64,000 bases of DNA, taken from positions 2,081 to 66,080 of the forward strand of contig JAEDGP010000003.1 of assembly GCA_016297405.1 (NCBI GenBank), given 5' to 3'. The notes beneath the pieces are model-generated. The model did not search any database, was not told where the DNA came from, and was given only the letters and a program-made list of their open reading frames with translations. This document shows, piece by piece, positions 60,045 through 64,000 of this stretch (its first letter is position 1; each line of letters opens with the position of its first letter). The position numbers and the translations under genes are program-made. The DNA comes from Treponema sp. (GTDB lineage Bacteria; Spirochaetota; Spirochaetia; Treponematales; Treponemataceae).

Positions 60045-60890
60045 TTATTTGTGACAAATCTTTGTCTGACATTCCTTGTAGATTGCTGAAGTCTTGGCAA
60101 CAACCTCTGCAGGAATTTCCTTAATATTTGGATCGCCTGCAAGGTTATTGTCCTTAAGCCAATCGCGAACAAACTGCTTGTCGTAAGAAGCTGGACTTCC
60201 GCCTGCTTCGTATTTTGAAAGATCCCAGAAACGGCTTGAGTCTGGAGTAAGAACTTCATCACCAAGAACAAGTTCACCGTTTTCATCAAGACCGAACTCA
60301 AATTTTGTATCAGCGATGATGATTCCATTCTTATAAGCGTGTTCGTAACACTTCTTGTAAATTGCAAGAGCAGTCTTTTCGATTTTTGTACCAAGTTCTT
60401 CACCAAGGTCATTCTTCATATATTCAAGGGTTACGTTGATGTCATGACCTTCCTGAGCCTTTGTTGATGGAGTTACGATTGGCTCATCAAGCTTTTCTGC
60501 CTGCTTATATTCCTTGTCGAAAGAATGACCAAGGAATGGTTCACCCTTCTTATAAGCTTCGTACATAGATCCGAACATGTAACCGCGGACGATTACTTCA
60601 TAAGGAACCATCTTAAGCTTTTTAACAAGAATTGTGCGTCCTTCATATTCTGGTTTCTGAAACTCTGCCGGCATATCTTTCAAATCAGAAGAAATCATAT
60701 GGTTTTTGCAAATATCTTTAGTATAGTCAAACCAGAAATTTGCAAGAGAATTCAACACCTTGCCCTTATCTGTAATCATTGTTGGAAGAATTACATCAAA
60801 TGCACTGATACGGTCTGTTGTAACGATGACCATACGTCCGTCTTCAAGATCATAAACTTCGCGAACCTTGCCGCTAGCATATTTTTTCAT
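60045..60890 (-). CDS. purC: SAICAR synthase
   Basis: GKVREVY, TDRISAFD, TPSTKA..GHD, ADTKFEFG, DEVLTPDSSRFW, DKQFVRDWL; ATG 60890 after GAGG. Confidence 0.97.
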   Translation of the reverse strand: MKKYASGKVREVYDLEDGRMVIVTTDRISAFDVILPTMITDKGKVLNSLANFWFDYTKDICKNHMISSDLKDMPAEFQKPEYEGRTILVKKLKMVPYEVIVRGYMFGSMYEAYKKGEPFLGHSFDKEYKQAEKLDEPIVTPSTKAQEGHDINVTLEYMKNDLGEELGTKIEKTALAIYKKCYEHAYKNGIIIADTKFEFGLDENGELVLGDEVLTPDSSRFWDLSKYEAGGSPASYDKQFVRDWLKDNNLAGDPNIKEIPAEVVAKTSAIYKECQTKICHK

Positions 60891-60927
60891 AAAAACCTCT
60901 ATTATCACGCTGATTCACAGCGCAGAA

Positions 60928-62097
60928 TTAAAATTTATCGTTGCCATCTTCGTTTTCTACAATTTTCACTGTAGCTCTTGATTCATCCAAAAACTCATCA
61001 TCCTCATCATCAATATCATAGTTATGAAGAGCCTTTACTGTATCTTCAGCACGATTTCCAAGAATGATAGCAATAGGATGAAGGAAAGATACGTTTTCGC
61101 AGATGATTTTAAGCACAACCATTACCGGCACCGCAAGAATCATTCCCACAAATCCCCACATCCACCCCCAGAAAGTCAGGCTTACAAGAATTACATAAGG
61201 TGAAACATCAAGGCTCTTTCCTTCTATTCTAGGCTCAACAATATTTCCTAAAATCATATTGATGGCGCCCATTGCACAAAATACAAAAATGATCGGGAAA
61301 GGATCTGGCCAGAACTGCAATGCTGTAAAAAGCGTAGTAATCACTACAGATGCAATGGATCCAAAAGTTGGAATAAAGTTCAGAACAAAGGCAAAGAATC
61401 CCCACATGATTGCAAAATCAACATGCATTACGTAACAGCTTACAAAAACAAGGAATCCAGTTGCAAATGAAATGAAAAATTTGATGGAAAGAAAGCGAAC
61501 TACATCATTAACAATTTTATTGGTAATGATGAGAACCCTGTTCGACAAAGTTTTCTTGAACATATGTCCAACTTTTTCTTTTGTAAAATTGATTTCCAGC
61601 AAAAGGAATACAACAAAAAGGAATACAACGCCAACAACTTTTGAAATATTGATTACATCATTTGAGAAAGTAAGCGTAAAATCCCTTACCCAGTTTCGCA
61701 CACCTTCCTGTTGCCAAATGTTTTCGATAAATGAACGACGCTCATCAAAAGGGAGCCCCAGACGAATCGCAACTTCCTTATACATCGAAAGAAACTTGGA
61801 CTCATAGTTTCCATACTGGGAAATCATCGTATTTATGCTGCTGAATATGATGGTAGAAAAAAGCACCAGGAAAACTACAAAAAGCAGAGACACCAAAATT
61901 ACACAAAGAATCCACGGACACTTCAGTTTTTGATGAATTCCACTTACCAATGGCAAAAATGCACAGGAAAGGATAATAGAAATGATTACGGGCAACACAA
62001 CAGATGACGCAACCTTCATTATCATTCCACAAAGGATAACCGCAATACCAAGCAAAAGGTAAAAAATCCCTTTTTCATAATTTCTTTCTTTCATCAT
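60928..62097 (-). CDS. AI-2E family transporter
   Basis: Multi-TM; LNFIPTFGS, GNIVEPR, FWGWMWGFVGMILAVP. Confidence 0.92.
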   Translation of the reverse strand: MMKERNYEKGIFYLLLGIAVILCGMIMKVASSVVLPVIISIILSCAFLPLVSGIHQKLKCPWILCVILVSLLFVVFLVLFSTIIFSSINTMISQYGNYESKFLSMYKEVAIRLGLPFDERRSFIENIWQQEGVRNWVRDFTLTFSNDVINISKVVGVVFLFVVFLLLEINFTKEKVGHMFKKTLSNRVLIITNKIVNDVVRFLSIKFFISFATGFLVFVSCYVMHVDFAIMWGFFAFVLNFIPTFGSIASVVITTLFTALQFWPDPFPIIFVFCAMGAINMILGNIVEPRIEGKSLDVSPYVILVSLTFWGWMWGFVGMILAVPVMVVLKIICENVSFLHPIAIILGNRAEDTVKALHNYDIDDEDDEFLDESRATVKIVENEDGNDKF

Positions 62098-62151
62098 ACC
62101 CTCATGTCAAAGCCCGCAGCCTTCATTGACTGCAGACTTTTTTTATACAAG

Positions 62152-63435
62152 CTATTTTTTTGCTTTCGGAGTAATCTTTTCAAATCCGCAGAAAGGAACC
62201 AGCACTTCCGGAATTGTTACAGAACCATCCGCATTTTGATAGTTTTCAAGAATTGCAAGCATTGCACGTCCTACAGCAATTGCGGTTCCGTTCAATGTAT
62301 GAACATATTTGTTCTTTCCATCATCATCCTTGAATTTTATATTCAAACGGCGAGCCTGATAATCAGTACAGTTGGAAGTTGAAGTAACTTCACCATATTC
62401 ACCACCATTGCGGCCAGGCATCCATGCTTCAAGATCCCATTTACGGTATGCCGGAGCACCAAGATCCCCAGAACATGTGTCAACTACATGGAAAGGAAGT
62501 CCAAGACCGCTAAAGATTTCCTCTTCGATTTCGCGAAGTTTGTGGTGAAGTTCATCAGACTGTTCAGGGGTTGAATATACGAACATTTCAACCTTATCGA
62601 ACTGATGAACGCGGTAAAGACCTTTAGAGAACTGCCCGGCAGCTCCAGCTTCACGGCGGAAACAGTGGGAAAGTCCACCATACATAAGAGGAAGCTTAGC
62701 CTTATCAAGAATTTCTCCTGAATGATAGCCACCAAGAGTGATTTCTGCAGTTGCTACAAGACAAGTTCCTTCTTCTTCAATTGCATATACATTAGATTCG
62801 TTTCCACGAGGATTAAAACCGATTCCCTTAAGGATTTCTTCACGGGCAACATCAGGTGTAATGAAAAGTTCAAAACCGTGCTTTCGAAGAATATTCAAAG
62901 CATACTGAATCAAAGCCTGTTCAAGGAAAACAGCTTCATTCTTAAGGTAATAGAATTTTGGACCTGATACTTTTGTACCGCGGTCAAAATCAAGAAGATC
63001 CAGATCTTCTGCAATCTGAACATGATCCTTTGGCTCAAAGTCAAACTTGCGTGGTGTTCCAACAACTTTTACCTCAAGGTTTTCTGTATCAAGCTTACCA
63101 ATCGGAGTTTCGGGATGAAGCATATTTGGAATCTGACGTGCAGCTTCCTCCAGCTTTTCTTCCACTTCAGCAAGTTCCTTGTCCATTGCTGAAAGCTCTT
63201 CCTTAATTTTTTTACCAGCCTCAATCAATTCAGCGCGTTTTGCATCATCAAGTTTCTGTTTCATGGACTTTGCATTTTCATTGCGTTTCTGCTGAAGATC
63301 CTGCTGTTTTGTTATCAAAGCAGTTCTTTTGTCAAAAAGTTCAACAACAACATCAGCATCAGCTTCCATGTTACGGTTCTTGATGACTTCTTTTACTTCT
63401 GCAAGATTATCTTTTATAAATTTATAGTCTAACAT
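62152..63435 (-). CDS. serS: Serine--tRNA ligase
   Basis: N-terminal coiled coil, ATAE, CFRREAG, GLYRVHQF, SNCTDYQARR, HTLNGT. Confidence 0.98.
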   Translation of the reverse strand: MLDYKFIKDNLAEVKEVIKNRNMEADADVVVELFDKRTALITKQQDLQQKRNENAKSMKQKLDDAKRAELIEAGKKIKEELSAMDKELAEVEEKLEEAARQIPNMLHPETPIGKLDTENLEVKVVGTPRKFDFEPKDHVQIAEDLDLLDFDRGTKVSGPKFYYLKNEAVFLEQALIQYALNILRKHGFELFITPDVAREEILKGIGFNPRGNESNVYAIEEEGTCLVATAEITLGGYHSGEILDKAKLPLMYGGLSHCFRREAGAAGQFSKGLYRVHQFDKVEMFVYSTPEQSDELHHKLREIEEEIFSGLGLPFHVVDTCSGDLGAPAYRKWDLEAWMPGRNGGEYGEVTSTSNCTDYQARRLNIKFKDDDGKNKYVHTLNGTAIAVGRAMLAILENYQNADGSVTIPEVLVPFCGFEKITPKAKK

Positions 63436-63453
63436 TTTTTCCTCGTTATATTT

Positions 63454-64000
63454 TTATTGCAATTCAAATGACATAGTTACATTTGCTGTTACATTAATTT
63501 TACCAACTTCAATTGGAGTGGAAGCATCGTTCACAGCCATCTTAGACGTGTACACACAACGATCCGCAGAGGGATTCCCTATTTCATCAATGGAAATCAC
63601 AGGACCAAGTTTGCAGCCACTGGCTCCAGCAAGCAAAGATGCAGCATCCTGAGCCTGCTTTATGGCAGCGGATCTTGCCTGACGAACAGCTGTCTGCTTA
63701 TCAGAAACACCAAAGGAAAGCGAATCAAGTCCATTGGCACCGGCCGAAACAGCAGCATCCACCAGCTCTCCCAAAAGCGACAGATTTCGCACAGTTACAC
63801 GAATCTGATTCTTCGAAACATACTGACCTTTTCTAAGAACACCATTCTGCCAGGATTTTTCCTGAGTGATGGAAATTTCTGAAGTCATAATATCACTCTG
63901 GCTTACACCAGTTGCTTTAATCGCATCAATTACTTTTGTCATAATTGCAGCATTGTCTGGAACAACTCTTTTAGATTCCCAACCAGATTTTGTCACTGAA
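63454..64000 (-). CDS. SIMPL (DUF541) domain protein, partial (N-terminus beyond window)
   Basis: LGELVDAAVSAGAN, AIKQAQDAASLLA..GCKLG.V.SI.E, PIEVG.I.V.A.V. Confidence 0.88.
   Translation of the reverse strand, partial: SVTKSGWESKRVVPDNAAIMTKVIDAIKATGVSQSDIMTSEISITQEKSWQNGVLRKGQYVSKNQIRVTVRNLSLLGELVDAAVSAGANGLDSLSFGVSDKQTAVRQARSAAIKQAQDAASLLAGASGCKLGPVISIDEIGNPSADRCVYTSKMAVNDASTPIEVGKINVTANVTMSFELQ

Overview
A mostly core chromosomal segment of a spirochete, very likely a gut/rumen-type Treponema (inferred from periplasmic-flagellum FlaA genes and the treponemal order mraZ-rsmH-ftsL-murF-ftsW-ftsQ-ftsA-ftsZ-xerD-TPR-dprA-topA-xerC-hslVU-flgBC-fliEFGHIJ). Almost all genes lie on the minus strand. 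It also carries two flaA-family genes, hisS, an orphan neuB-like gene, secA, a very long lepB, tatD, miaA, an rlmI-like gene, phoH-HD-ybeY-corC-TPR, lptD, uvrA, two tRNA-Val(TAC), purC, an AI-2E transporter and serS. I see no phage, CRISPR, transposase or defence operon. The most unusual signals are non-coding. (1) Three copies of a 125-200 bp inverted-repeat-bounded MITE-like element (435-637, 28141-28265, 39140-39335) sit at gene 3' ends and are built from hairpin modules sharing a TTCGAYARRCTCA core; one copy has a nested tandem amplification and one appears chimeric. (2) Nine genes, including secA, uvrA and tatD, have a sigma70 -35/-10 pair only 6-8 nt before the start codon, suggesting leaderless mRNAs. 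(3) The basal-body operon appears split into sigma28 and sigma70 units. (4) There is a small AT-rich islet with a nuclease-like and a beta-barrel-like ORF. Product calls come from motif recognition only; no database searches were run.
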